Assembly: GCA_002269645.1 (NCBI GenBank)
Contig: NIVC01004519.1
Coordinates: forward strand, 1-43,461
Direction: 5' to 3'
Length of the DNA: 43,461 nt
Origin: Macrostomum lignano
Lineage: Eukaryota
Shown: positions 1-11,186 of the stretch, piece by piece
Layout of the letters: the number at the start of each line of letters is the position of its first letter
Numbering within the stretch: the first letter of the stretch is position 1
Program-made: the position numbers and the translations under genes
The notes under the pieces: generated by a model
Told to the model about the DNA's origin: nothing
The model's database searches: none
Seen by the model: the letters and a program-made list of their open reading frames with translations, nothing else

Positions 1-400
1 AGTGACAGCCTGAGGCTGAGGGAGAGTGACAGCCTGAGGCTGAGGGTCAGACAAGTGACGGCCTGAGGCTGAGGGTCAGAGAAGTGACGGCCTGAGGCTG
101 AGGGTCAGAGAAGTGACGGCCTGAGGCTGAGAGTCAGAGAAGTCACGGCCTGAGGCTGAGGTCAGAGAAGTGACGGCCTGAGGCTGAGAGTCAGAGAAGT
201 CACGGCCTGAGGCTGAGGGTCAGAGAAGTGACGGCCTGAGGCTGAGGGTCAGAGAAGTGACGGCCTGAGGCTGAGGCTCAGAGAAGTGACGGCCTGAGGC
301 TGAGGCTCAGAGAAGTGACGGTCTGAGGCTGAGAGTCAGAGAAGTCACGGCCTGAGGCTGAGGGTCAGAGAAGTGACGGTCTGAGGGCCAGAGAGTGACA
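1..400 (+). repeat. 29-bp minisatellite (GAGAAGTGACGGCCTGAGGCTGAGGGTCA)n, runs off the window start
   Basis: Period 29 read directly (unit starts at 61 and 90); about 13 copies with point variants. Confidence 0.95.
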
Positions 401-558
401 GCCTCAAGCAGAGGTCTGAATAGACAGACTAAGGACTGATTTAGGCCTAAGTTTGGCAGTCAAATAAAGCGCGACGGCTTCATCAAGACTTTATAATTTA
501 AGGCCATATGCTGCATATGCACGAGTGTAGTACTTAGCTACATAATTCTAAGACATAA

Positions 559-1058
559 TCATTGCGCCGACTTTCTACCAACAAAATAGCCCGTATAATA
601 GCCGGACATATACCAGCTCATTAACATATTATAAGTAGATTCGTCCATAGCGGCCGAAGCGGCCTCTGGCAGGCTTGGCAGCGGAGGAGGCGGAGGAGGC
701 GGCAGCTGATAAGAGCTCGAGGCACCTTCGGGATCGGTAGTGCCGATGGCTGCAGTCGCAGGTTCAGCGGGATAGTCAGTGGACGACTCGGCAGCGACAG
801 CAGGCAGCAGGTCAGCCAGCGCCTGCTCTTCGCTGTTGCCGTAGTCGATGAATTCAACAATGCATCGATCGGAATTGGCGGCCAGGCGTACGATTCTAGC
901 GCGATACTCGATGCCGTCCTCAGACCAGACTGCTCGGCAGAGGTCGCCAACTTGCCAGCGCTGCTGCTGGCTACTGTCTACTTGCTGCTTCTGCGACTGC
1001 TTTTTCTGTTGTTGTTGCTTTTGCTGCTGGTTCTGATTCTGCTGCTGTGGCTGCCTTC
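559..1058 (-). CDS. SMN: Survival motor neuron protein, exon 2 (Q-rich linker, Tudor domain, poly-Pro, YG box, stop)
   Basis: Frame not in the ORF track: ...RWQVGDLCRAVWSEDGIEYRARIV...CIVEFIDYGNSEEQALADL...LPPPPPPPLP...YNMLMSWYMSGYYTGYFVGRKSAQ*. Acceptor ttctacag just before 1058; TGA at 561-559; exon length 500 = 2+498 fits a phase-1 intron. Confidence 0.93.
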
Positions 1059-1094
1059 CTGTAGAAGAAATAGGAATAAAGACTTTTCCCCTCC

Positions 1095-1455
1095 TTAACC
1101 TTTAGGGTAATGTCTTCACCCGTCTTGTGTTAACAGGGTAATGTCTTAACAGGGTGATATCATAGCCTTCCTTTATGCTGATGCCTAACCTTCAGGGCGA
1201 TATCTTAACCTTCAGGGTGATATAATAACCTTCAGGGCGATGTCTTAACCTTCAGGGCGATGTCTTAACCTTCAGGGCGATATCATAACCTTCAGGGCGA
1301 TGTCTTAACCGTCAGGGCGATGTCTTAACTTTCAGGGCAAAGTCTTAACTTCAGGGCGATATCCTAACCTTCAGGGCGATATCTTAACCTTCATGGCGAT
1401 GCCTAAACTTTATGACAATGTCAACCTTCATGGGGATGCCTTAACCTTTAACCTT
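1095..1455 (+). repeat. 20-bp minisatellite (TTAACCTTCAGGGCGATGTC)n inside the SMN intron
   Basis: About 17 degenerate copies read directly. Confidence 0.9.
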
Positions 1456-1558
1456 CAAGATGCGTGTTTCCCACGTGTATTGATGCATTTACGCCACGCT
1501 CTCTTATTCTCTGACAGTGTGCACAAAATTGCAACAACACTTTTGAATCCAAACGCAC

Positions 1559-1714
1559 CGCCTCTTCGGCCAGTCCTAGCCGGTCCGGCCTCGCCCAGCA
1601 CGAGTTCCCTGGCCCTGGCCACGGCTTCATCGTAAGCGGCAATCAGTGAAGAGTCGTCCCAATCTTCTGGGCGTAGCAAAGATTCTCTTCCGGCTTCGCA
1701 GCCTGGTCTGACAT
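1559..1714 (-). CDS. SMN: SMN exon 1 (Gemin2-binding motif); needs one extra base near 1678-1680 to link the ATG at 1714 in frame
   Basis: MSDQAAKPEENL/LLRPEDWDDSSLIAAYDEAVARARE...; WDDxxLIxAYDxAV is the SMN N-terminal motif; donor G|gtgcgt at 1559/1558 matches the phase of exon 2. Confidence 0.85.
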
Positions 1715-2353
1715 TCCACGCAATTCTTACACAGAAAATTGCTTTTCTTTCGATTTAGATTTAATTTAGGCTTCTTCGGCTGAAAGGCGAATAACGCATG
1801 ACGTTTAACTAAAAAACAACTCTTTGAGCCTCCTATATCCCAGGAGTGTAAGCTGCCTAACAACAAACAAGCCAGAAAAGCTTTGTTGTCGTATTATCGT
1901 TAGAAGCACTGCGATTTATATTATAATAGCTCAAAGTATAAGTACTAACCTACTAATTTTATTGTTTTTAATTTTGCGGATATTTAAAACAGAATATTGT
2001 GCAAAAAGTAAACTTATAGTACAGAAGTTATTTTAACCTCGCAGAATCTTACCTAGATTTTTGTCTGCCCAGTTAAATGTTTAAAAATACCTTTTATCAA
2101 GCGGCGCCTTACTGGTTTGCAAGTTAAATTGTGCCATATATTGCGTGCTACGAGCTAAACTTAGCATTAATAGCGAACTTCTTATTTAAACAAAAACTGA
2201 TTCTAAAAATAGAAACCAGCAAACGGCGAACTCGGAGAAGATGCTGGCAAAAATATTATAAAAGCATGTAGCCAGACAGGTAACTAACAGGTAAAGGTGG
2301 GACCTCTGCGATATACACTGAAAGTAAAGATATATCATTGTCAGCGCGCAAAT
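1715..2353. promoter_or_regulatory. Short intergenic region between divergent SMN and EndoU starts; candidate bidirectional promoter
   Basis: Positional inference only: ATG at 1714 (minus) and putative ATG at 2354 (plus). Confidence 0.3.
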
Positions 2354-2534
2354 ATGAGATCGAGAAGCACTAGCTATATTTGTTGCCTGATATTTCTGTG
2401 CTGCTGCCTACTGTTTATAGTAGGATTACTTCTTGGTTAAACCTGTTGCTGCTGACTGACCAGCAAGATAGTGTTGACTCTGATTATTTGAACCAATTCG
2501 CAAGGACGGCTACTCCTAGTCACAATGCCACAAG
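2354..2534 (+). CDS. ENDOU: Putative EndoU exon 1 with hydrophobic signal/anchor segment (needs +1 nt near 2436)
   Basis: MRSRSTSYICCLIFLCCCLLFIVGLLLG/LNLLLLTDQQDSVDSDYLNQFARTATPSHNATR followed by donor AG|gtgaga. Confidence 0.4.
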
Positions 2535-2772
2535 GTGAGAGACAGGTCTTCTTATTTATTATAACTTACCAACGCTTCATTTATTTTCGACCAGATATAC
2601 TGTCACAGACTTAGCTCAAAAATGACTCAAAGACCCATTTAACTTTCCAATTTTTATGAAGAATTCAAACTGAGTAAATAATCATGACATTAAATATATA
2701 GTGTATGCGAGATGTATAGTAATGCTGAATTTAGCCCGTAGCACACAACATTTGGCAAAATTTAACTTGCAG

Positions 2773-2952
2773 GCCAGTATGGCGACACTTTAAAAGTTTG
2801 GCGTTTTAGTAGGACCCATCAAGCGTGCCAAGTCGCGTGCTTTAAAGCAGAAAATACCTTGTTAACTATGCCAGTGGTCTAAAAGATGTAGTTGTCAACT
2901 ATACTTTCAGTGTCCAGAAATGGAGAGGCAGACCACAGCAAGGCGGCAGCAG
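2773..2952 (+). CDS. ENDOU: Putative EndoU exon 2 (reading frame not cleanly resolved)
   Basis: Bounded by acttgcag acceptor and AG|gtgcgc donor; 3' part reads RKYLVNYASGLKDVVVNYTFSVQKWRGRPQQGGS; 5' part needs frame corrections. Confidence 0.3.
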
Positions 2953-3013
2953 GTGCGCAATACCTCGCATGGAATCGAATCATAGCGCTGTAGAACGCCT
3001 AGTTTTCTGCCAG

Positions 3014-3842
3014 CTACTCGACCAGAAGAACCGCTTTGAGCCGTTTAATCGATCGAGACTAGTAAACTTACACAGGATCAAAATGGCTCAACTAATTGCG
3101 ACGCGTCTCACGGCAAGCAGCCTCTGTTAACGAATTGGTTCAACTCTAGCCAACTAGCCAAGCGTTGGATCAGCGTTGCGCAGTTTCTAGCCTTCATTGG
3201 AAACGACACATTCCAGGCGGATAAACGATTTAATCAAAGCTGGACAAATGGCAATCGGTTAGAGAGGCTGCGAATTTACACCAGATACTTGATGAGCACT
3301 CCAACTATGCAAAGCTTGCACTAACACTGCTTAACAACGGACTAATACCAGCAAACCAGACCAGCATTGAAGCATTCTTCAACGAGACAATGCACCCGTT
3401 GTGGTTTGAATTCTACGGCAGACGGAAAAAGCAGCAACGTCGAGGCTTCTACAATAGTTGCGGCTTTGAGCACGTGTTCGTTGGCGAACTGCGCGGCAAG
3501 AAGGTGATCGGCTTTCACAACTGGTTGCAGATGCTGTTACAAGAGGAATCAAACAGCCTGACCTACACGGGCAATCGGGGAGTTCAGCAACAACCGGCCA
3601 TTGTGGCTAGCGTCTGCTTCAACTGGTTCAATAGGAAAAAGGATTTCAGCACCATCATGCTAGGCGTGGAGCCAGAGTTTGAGCTGGCACTCTACACTGC
3701 AACGCATCTGCTCAAGGCTAATGGCGCTAGCAAGCTAACATTGGACGCATCAAGAAGGTGGAGACTAGAAGTGCAGAACTTCGAGAACGATTTCGCTCTC
3801 AATCACGTTCACGCAGCTTATCTGTACCGGTTAAAAGACTGA
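3014..3842 (+). CDS. ENDOU: EndoU/XendoU-family uridylate-specific endoribonuclease catalytic domain, last exon (frameshift near 3320, probably another near 3050-3075)
   Basis: Motifs LWFEFYGR, SCGFEHVFVGE, GFHNW and FNWFNRKKDFSTIMLGVEPEFELALYT give the His-His-Lys catalytic pattern; upstream frame GKQPLL...RYLMSTPTMQSLH joins LTLLNNG with +1 nt; stop at 3840-3842. Confidence 0.88.
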
Positions 3843-5552
3843 GCTGATTTCTCTTTTATTGCTAATGCTATTGCTAAGCAGATAAACTTATAGTGGTGGA
3901 TAGAAATATTATTCTGTTTAATTTTTTGGATTCTGATTATATATTTTTCTTTTTTAAAATCCCAATTTTAAGCACTAACAACTTCAAGCTTTTTAAGATT
4001 TTTGCATAGTTCCAATTTGATCCTCTGAGAAACTTAGAAGAAAAATATTTTTTGTTGTATCCGGGATACTCAAGTATATATTCTAAGAAAGTGTCAAGTC
4101 TAAAACCCTACTATCTAAATGTCAATAAAAATAAATCGCAAGCTTATAACTATGCTGCTGTATAACAACACAAAACAAAAAATAGACAATATATTTATGT
4201 TGATGGCTTCAATATGAATTAAAGTTTCACTCTGACAGCGCAATCTGACAACAAAGGCTACGCACAAATAAATCTGGGTAACTCAATAATAACGGTCTGT
4301 CTCGAGTATGGAAGAAGTCCAGATAACTTTGGTTGAAATGAATCAAATTAGTTAATTATGAAATTAAGGAATGATCCATGAAAAAATGGTTTCGGTTTCA
4401 AATGTTGACTAGCTGGTGAAACAAACGTGTTAAATCAATTTGAATAGGAATAATAAAGGTTTGACAGTTTTTCACGACAAATTCTGGACGAAATAAAAAC
4501 ACAAATAAACAAAAAACTTTCTATTTAGTCACGAAGAATGAAAACCTTTATTATGTAAGGCTTGAATGACTACAGATTAATTAAATTCATTAGAAAGCGC
4601 AACACCATAAGCAAAAAATAATTATATGATAATTCACACAAAAGAAAAGGAAAGCAGTCACCAGGAGAGAAAAATTAACACCTGTTATATACCGTTAAGA
4701 TTTCAACTGGAACAAACTCAATATCCAAAAAAGTACGACAATAGACGAGACAAATGAAAACGTCTAACTATTACGAAAAACAAATTAAATGTCAACGTTA
4801 TTTATTCATTAATAAATTCTGTCATGCGATAAAACGAGGATAACGAAAATCACAAATCATACAAGCTATCAATACAATGAGGCGCTAGACACAGGACAAT
4901 AATAGTAACAATATAATTTTATTTTAAGTATATAATCACTGCTCTTTACAATTATCACAAAGCACTCGTTTAGGAACACTGAACAGTCGAATTGAACCGA
5001 CTCAGAGGCATTTCAGGGCAGAGAAAAAACGCTTATATCATTTGAATAATTGAATGAACAACTTCTACAAGTTTTCAATAACCATACTATAAATAGAATG
5101 ATTCTTTTATTAGTAGTACAATTTTTTTGCTTTACACCCTACTTACAATAGTTAAGAGACAAATCCTAATAATAACAAAGCGATTGACAGCTGCAGGCAT
5201 TTGGAAATACCACCAAATCTTGCTAATATATTTCGGTAATTTATAGATCAATAAAGACACAAAGGAAACATTAAGCTGCAATTCAGATTTTATACCAGTA
5301 TGAGAAAAAAGTTTGTTGACGCAGATAAAACATTATATTGCCAATACAACACAAGACTGAGAACACGCGTGCGCTTAACGACAAATGTTATAGAATTGGT
5401 GATGAACACAATTTTATACATAGCTATTGTTAGTCCAGATGCACTCCTGACTCAACAGTCGCTCCAAAGTCACTAAGTGAGTTGTTTGCAATGAAGCAAT
5501 TTCATAGCGATTCTGATCAGGGTAAAATTTTTAACGGGAATCGGCAATGTTT

Positions 5553-5659
5553 TTAAAAAGCGTCATTCATGTTGGTGAACTGGCGAACAGCCAAATCGCA
5601 CGGCAGCTGAAATGGTATCTTGGCTAGCCGGTTCAGGGCGTGGAACGCGTCGCTCCAAC
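5553..5659 (-). CDS. RUNDC1: RUN domain-containing protein 1, exon 5 (terminal)
   Basis: GWSDAFHALNRLAKIPFQLPCDLAVRQFTNMNDAF* matches the RUNDC1 C-terminus (xLPVDLAVRQLKNIKDAF); acceptor ccgcag; phase 1 consistent with exon 4. Confidence 0.9.
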
Positions 5660-5788
5660 CTGCGGATTTTGTTAATAAATGTGCGGATATTGTAATTGGA
5701 TTAAAAAACTATGGCTGTCACAAAACATGGCCACAAGCCTAATTTGTGACTACTTACGCTTATTACTTAAAACTAGGGCGTAGCAGTG

Positions 5789-7055
5789 CTTCATCAAAGC
5801 ACCTGGGGATAGAGGCACTTCATCAAAGCACCTGGGGATAGAGGCACTTCATCAAAGCACCTGGGGATAGAGGCACTTCATCAAAGCACCTGGGGATAGA
5901 GGCACTTCATCAAAGCACCTGGGGATACAGGAGCTTCATCAAAGCACCTGGGAATAGAGGCACTTCATCAAAGCACCTGGGGATAGAGGCACTTCATCAA
6001 AGCACCTGGGGATACAGGAGCTTCATCAAAGCACCTGGGGATACAGGAGCTTCATCAAAGCACCTGGGGATACAGGAGCTTCATCAAAGCACCTGGGGAT
6101 ACAGGAGCTTCATCAAAGCACCTGGGGATACAGGAGCTTCATCAAAGCACCTGGGGATACAGGAGCTTCATCAAAGCACCTGGGGATACAGGAGCTTCAT
6201 CAAAGCACCTGGGGATACAGGAGCTTCATCAAAGCACCTGGGGATACAGGAGCTTCATCAAAGCACCTGGGGATAGAGGCACTTCATCAAAGCACCTGGG
6301 GATACAGGAGCTTCATCAAAGCACCTTGGGATACAGGAGCTTCATCAAAGCACCTGGGGATACAGGAGCTTCATCAAAGCACCTGGGGATAGAGGCACTT
6401 CATCAAAGCACCTGGGGATACAGAAGCTTCATCAAAGCACCTTGGGATACAGGAGCTTCATCAAAGCACCTGGGGATAGAGGCACTTCATCAAAGCACCT
6501 GGGGATACAGGAGCTTCATCAAAGCACCTGGGGATACAGAAGCTTCATCAAAGCACCTGGGGATACAGGAGCTTCATCAAAGCACCTGGGGATACAGGAG
6601 CTTCATCAAAGCACCTGGGGATACAGAAGCTTCATCAAAGCACCTGGGGATACAGGAGCTTCATCAAAGCACCTGGGGATACAGGAGCTTCATCACAGCA
6701 CCTGGGAATAGAGGTGATTCATCACAGCAGCTGGGGATAGAGGTGATTCATCAAAGCAGCTGGGGATAGAGGTGATTCATCACAGCAGCTGGGGATAGAG
6801 GTGATTCATCACAGCAGCTGGGGATAGAGGTGATTCATCAAAGCAGCTGGGGATAGAGGTGATTCATCACAGCAGCTGGGGATAGAGGTGATTCATCAAA
6901 GCAGCTGGGGATGGAGGTGATTCATCAAAGCAGCTGGGGATAGAGGTGATTCATCAAAGCAGCTGGGGATAGAGGTGATTCATCACAGCAGCTAGGGATA
7001 TAGGTGATTCATCAAAGCAGCTGGGGATAGCGGCGCTGCATCAAAAAGCACCTGG
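5789..7055 (+). repeat. 29-bp minisatellite (CTTCATCAAAGCACCTGGGGATACAGGAG)n in RUNDC1 intron 4, with three sequence variants
   Basis: About 43 units; variants ending GATAGAGGCA, GATACAGGAG and (GCAGCTGGG)GATAGAGGTGA. Confidence 0.95.
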
Positions 7056-7109
7056 GATGGACTCTTATACGGATTCTGTTCTGCATCACATTTACAGTGA
7101 ATCACTCAC

Positions 7110-7701
7110 CAGTCTTAGCCGTATAAGACCAAGCAGTCCACCAGTTATCTAAGAAGAACGTATTGAGCACAATTAGCCTCAACCAGGGCACCAATTTGCC
7201 CCGATTCAAAGCCAAACTAACCAAGGCTTTGAACCTGGGATCCCCGCCTCGGCCCCACTCTTCGTGCAGGCTGTTCACGTGATGAATAGCTGACAGCAGT
7301 TCCTCCTTAACTGTCACAGCCCGACTGCCAACCATGCTGAGAGAGAACGACTCGGATAGTTTCCTAGCCGGCGAGTCTGTGTACTCCTGACCGCCCTTCA
7401 TCCGGAACCATTCGGCGAATAGAGACCAGACTTGGTCGGCGATATCTGAGCCGCCGGCGGAGGCTGCAGCGGATGAAGAAGCGGCGGCGACTCCAGAGCC
7501 GGCAGCTGGCCGGGGCACCAGCGGGCGCCTGCGGACGGAGAAGCAGCCGAGCAGGGACACCAGGCCGGACTGGCCGGAACCGCCGACGCCGCCGCCGATG
7601 CCGCTGCCAGACGGCAAAGCCAGGCCGTGCAGCAGAAGGTCCCGCAGCGCGGGCAGAGTTCTTTGCGCACCGCTAGGAGCACCTCTTCACTTGTTATGTA
7701 C
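7110..7701 (-). CDS. RUNDC1: RUNDC1 exon 4 (RUN domain); one base missing near 7651
   Basis: YITSEEVLLAVRKELC/ALRDLLLHGL...VWSLFAEWFRMKGGQEYTDSPARKLSESFSL...FKALVSLALNRGKLVPWL...WSYTAKTG; tttgccag acceptor and G|gtgagt donor; length 592 is one short of the phase-consistent 593. Confidence 0.92.
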
Positions 7702-7782
7702 CTGGCAAAGTGGCAAAATCAAGCTATCAAATTACCTGAACATCTTAGCGTCTATCAGTGCGTTCGTTTAGGGGCCAGAAAA

Positions 7783-8612
7783 ATATTGAGCCCTTCAGGT
7801 GAGATTCTAGTGTCATATTGAGCCCTTCAGGTGAGATTCTAGTGCCATATTGAGCCCTTCAGGTGAGATTCTAGTGCCATATTGAGCCCTTCAGGTGAGA
7901 TTCTAGTGCCATATTGAGCCCTTCAGGTGAGATTCTAGTGCCATATTGAGCCCTTCAGGTGAGATTCTAGTGCCATATTGAGCCCTTCAGGTGAGATTCT
8001 AGTGCCATATTGAGCCCTTCAGGTGAGATTCTAGTGCTATATTGAGCCCTTCAGGTGAGATTCTAGTGCCATATTGAGCCCTTCAGGTGAGATTCTAGTG
8101 CCATATTGAGCAATTCGGGTGAAATCTAGTGCCATATTAAGCCCTTCAGGTGAGATTCTAGTGCCATATTGAGCAATTCGGGTGAAATCTAGTGCCATAT
8201 TGAGCCCTTCAGGTGAGATTCTAGTGCCATTCGGGTGAAATCTAGTGCCATATTGAGCCCTTCAGGTGAGATTCTAGTGCCATATTGAGCAATTCGGGTG
8301 AAATCTAGTGCCATATTGAGCCCTTCAGGTGAGATTCTAGTGCCATTCGGGTGAAATCTAGTGCCATATTGAGCCCTTCAGGTGAGATTCTAGTGCCATA
8401 TTGAGCAATTCGGGTGAAATCTAGTGCCATATTGAGCCCTTCAGGTGAGATTCTAGTGCCATTCGGGTGAAATCTAGTGCCATATTGAGCCCTTCAGGTG
8501 AGATTCTAGTGCCATATTGAGCAATTCGGGTGAAATCTAGTGCCATATTGAGCCATTCGGGCGAGATTCTAGTGCCATATTGAGCAATTCGGGTGAAATC
8601 TAGTGCCATATT
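7783..8612 (+). repeat. 32-bp minisatellite (ATTGAGCCCTTCAGGTGAGATTCTAGTGCCAT)n in RUNDC1 intron 3, grading into a 116-bp higher-order repeat
   Basis: About 10 uniform units, then a mix of 32-, 31- and shortened units; higher-order unit starts at 8201, 8317, 8433. Confidence 0.95.
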
Positions 8613-8723
8613 CTAGGCATCTGCCAGAAAAACTTGATGGCATTAAGCATCGCAGTTGCAACGCCAAGATTCTATACAAATTAAAATTCCCCAAAGCCAG
8701 TCAGACTCGTCATAAAAACTTAC

Positions 8724-9082
8724 AGGTCCTCGTGCTCGGCTGATCGCGACTCCTCAGCCACTTCAACCACTTTAGTGACGGCCACTTCCAACCGGGCTCG
8801 CAGGTCGCCAAAATGCCTGGCAGCTGCACCGTCGCCGCTCTTCATCTGGTTGCTGCCGGATGGGCCGAAGTCGCGGCCCTGCTGCAGCTGGCCGCCGCAG
8901 CCCAGCTGAGAGACCGCCACCATCTGCAGCAGGGCGATGGCCCGGCGCATCATCTGGACAGTGACAGCGTGGAGTCGCGCTCGGGACTGACGCCGCTCAG
9001 AGTCGGAAGGTCCCGGTGAGCCGTCCGGACTGCCACCATTGGCCGAGTGGTCTTTTTGCTGGCCAAGATTCGCTTTCTTTAG
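8724..9082 (-). CDS. RUNDC1: RUNDC1 exon 3
   Basis: LKKANLG...QMMRRAIALLQMVAVSQLGCG...RLEVAVTKV (compare the RUNDC1 motif MRRALAVLQIFAVSQFGC); ccgcag acceptor, CT|gtaagt donor; phases 0 and 2 fit neighbours. Confidence 0.9.
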
Positions 9083-9400
9083 CTGCGGCGGTTAAAATCA
9101 ATTTAAAAGTACAAAGCATGAAAACGATGTCATATCGGATGTCACGTAATGCGTTAACATTAACTTTTTAAGATTTTTAGCACTAAATTTTCTTCCATAC
9201 TTTAGTCTCAAAAGTTTATCAAGTTATGAAACTTCAGCTGTTCCTATCGCTTTGGTGCATTTTTTGTCAAGACGGATTTTTATCCACCGATTTTGTCTAT
9301 GGTGAAACCCCCATATAACTATGTAAAAGTATCAAACGTTTGGAAAACAGAACTGTATCATGAGCGTTGCCGCCTTCCAAGTAGAGTTTGTCTTTCTATT

Positions 9401-9635
9401 TGATCTAGTGATCTAGACAACATGATCTAGTGATCTAGACATGATCTAATGATCTAGACAACATGATCTAGTGATCTAGACATGATCTAATGATCTAGAC
9501 AACATGATCTAGTGATCTAGACATGATCTAATGATCTAGACAACATGATCTAGTGATCTATACATGATCTAATGATCTAGACAACATGATCTAGTGATCT
9601 ATACATGATCTAATGATCTAGACAACATGATCTAG
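9401..9635 (+). repeat. 41-bp tandem repeat built from TGATCTA subunits
   Basis: (GACAACATGATCTAGTGATCTAGACATGATCTAATGATCTA) about 5.5 copies. Confidence 0.9.
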
Positions 9636-9825
9636 GGGGTGGTAGCCTAGTTGTCTAGCGCAGCGCTCTGATGTGCCAGCGACCCAGGCTCGATTCCAAG
9701 TGCAGTCAAATTAATTTGGGGCTAAATTGGAATCTCGGCTTGGCTCTGCTCGTGCAATTAACGCTCAGCTTGAGGGCCAACCCCCAAGGCACAGTGAAGT
9801 GTACATGCTTAGCGATAAATAAAAT
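9636..9825 (+). mobile_element. tRNA-derived SINE-like element
   Basis: A-box-like TAGCCTAGTTG (from 9643), B-box-like GGCTCGATTCC (9687-9697), about 110 bp body and an A-rich ATAAATAAAA tail. Confidence 0.6.
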
Positions 9826-11106
9826 TAGGGCTGCTGTATCTCCTGTGTGAGTGCGTGCCTATGCGTATGACTGCGTACGTATCCGCGCACACTTGTGTGC
9901 CTGCTCAGGGGAGTCGGCGGAATGGGCAGCAATGCCTCTCGCCCGTTGGCAGTAATTTCGCTTAAAATGCGCCAGGGTGCACAGAGCCCCCTGACTCTAA
10001 CAAAAAGGATATAGACACCCATTTTGTGGATTTTTTAACCTTGTGGATAGACTAAATGCCTCAAAAAAGCCTGGCTGCCCTCAAAACAGCATTTTTATGA
10101 CTAATTATTTAACTAAGCATATTAGAAAGTCTGTTTAAGCTGCTATGGTTGTAAGCAAAAAGTACAATAGGAAGGGCAAAATTTTGGAATATATATTATG
10201 AAGTACTTTGCATCGAGAGAAATTAACCTTGGCGAACAAAGAAAGTGAACTGACTCTGACTGGCTCAGAGTAATTTTTTTACTTTTTCCTTTCTAGCTTT
10301 ACAAAAAAATCAACCGGACATGCAGCCGCTGCTGCTACTCTCTAACAGACAACTCGCCTAAATTGTGAAGTGGACATTCAATCGGGAATCCAGCACTGGC
10401 TAAGAACGAGAAGAGTGAGTGGGCGGATTTTTTGGGGGATTGGGGGGGGGGGTGGAGTGAAGACTAAAATGGGGAAATCTGCCTTCCCTGAAAAAGCACA
10501 CGCAATGCACACACACAAGAATCACTGTAGCAGTTGCTGTGCTAAATTATTTTCGATTGAAGCATTTTCTCAGAAAATTTGTTCCCCTGTGCCTCTGGAA
10601 ATTCTTATAAAGTTCATATATACGGTTTCTAATGCACGTATGGAAGCAAGCAAGAAAAGTACATAAATAACAGTATTAATAGCGAATTTAAATTAACTGT
10701 TATTAAAACATGGTTAAAAATGCAACTATAACAATTAATAAACACAAGTTAATTAATTAAATAATTAATTATGGTGTAATTCAGTTTACTTCAGTATCTG
10801 TCTGTGGAATATCCATTGACGAGCGGTCGCACCAGAAGAACTGGGTGACATTATTTTGTCAAATTAATTTTGTATTAGAACTACTGCAATTCAGATTAAT
10901 TAGCTAACTCTAAAAAACAAATTCTACTAGCAGCTCATTTGACAACAATCCAGGCGAGGAATTTAAAATAAAGTGCAATAAACAATAATACAGACAATGT
11001 AATCAATTTAAATCTGGTTTTCAGATTCAATACACGTTGGATTATAAAGTTTTTTTAGTATTACAATTAATAAGACAACATCGTTAACAGCATATTCAGG
11101 TGTTAC

Positions 11107-11186
11107 CTTGGCTGGCCTGTGCTCGGGGCACAGGCACACAGAGTTCGGATTCTGTGCTCGAGTGCACGGAAATACCGTATTTTCGC
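11107..11186 (-). CDS. RUNDC1: RUNDC1 exon 2 (80 bp)
   Basis: gttgccag acceptor and AAG|gtaaca donor; converts phase 1 to phase 0 exactly as exons 1 and 3 require; GENTVFPCTRAQNPNSVCLCPEHRPAK. Confidence 0.75.

Noticed and set aside
621-1036. ORF-track entries 621-950 (-) and 848-1036 (+)
   Set aside because: Alternative-frame and antisense shadows of SMN exon 2
6326-6769. Repetitive ORFs 6326-6769 and 6442-6711
   Set aside because: Read-through of a 29-bp (non-triplet) intronic minisatellite
1095-8612. Shared CCTTCAGG core between the SMN-intron and RUNDC1-intron-3 repeats
   Set aside because: Only about 8 bp shared with different periods; compatible with chance
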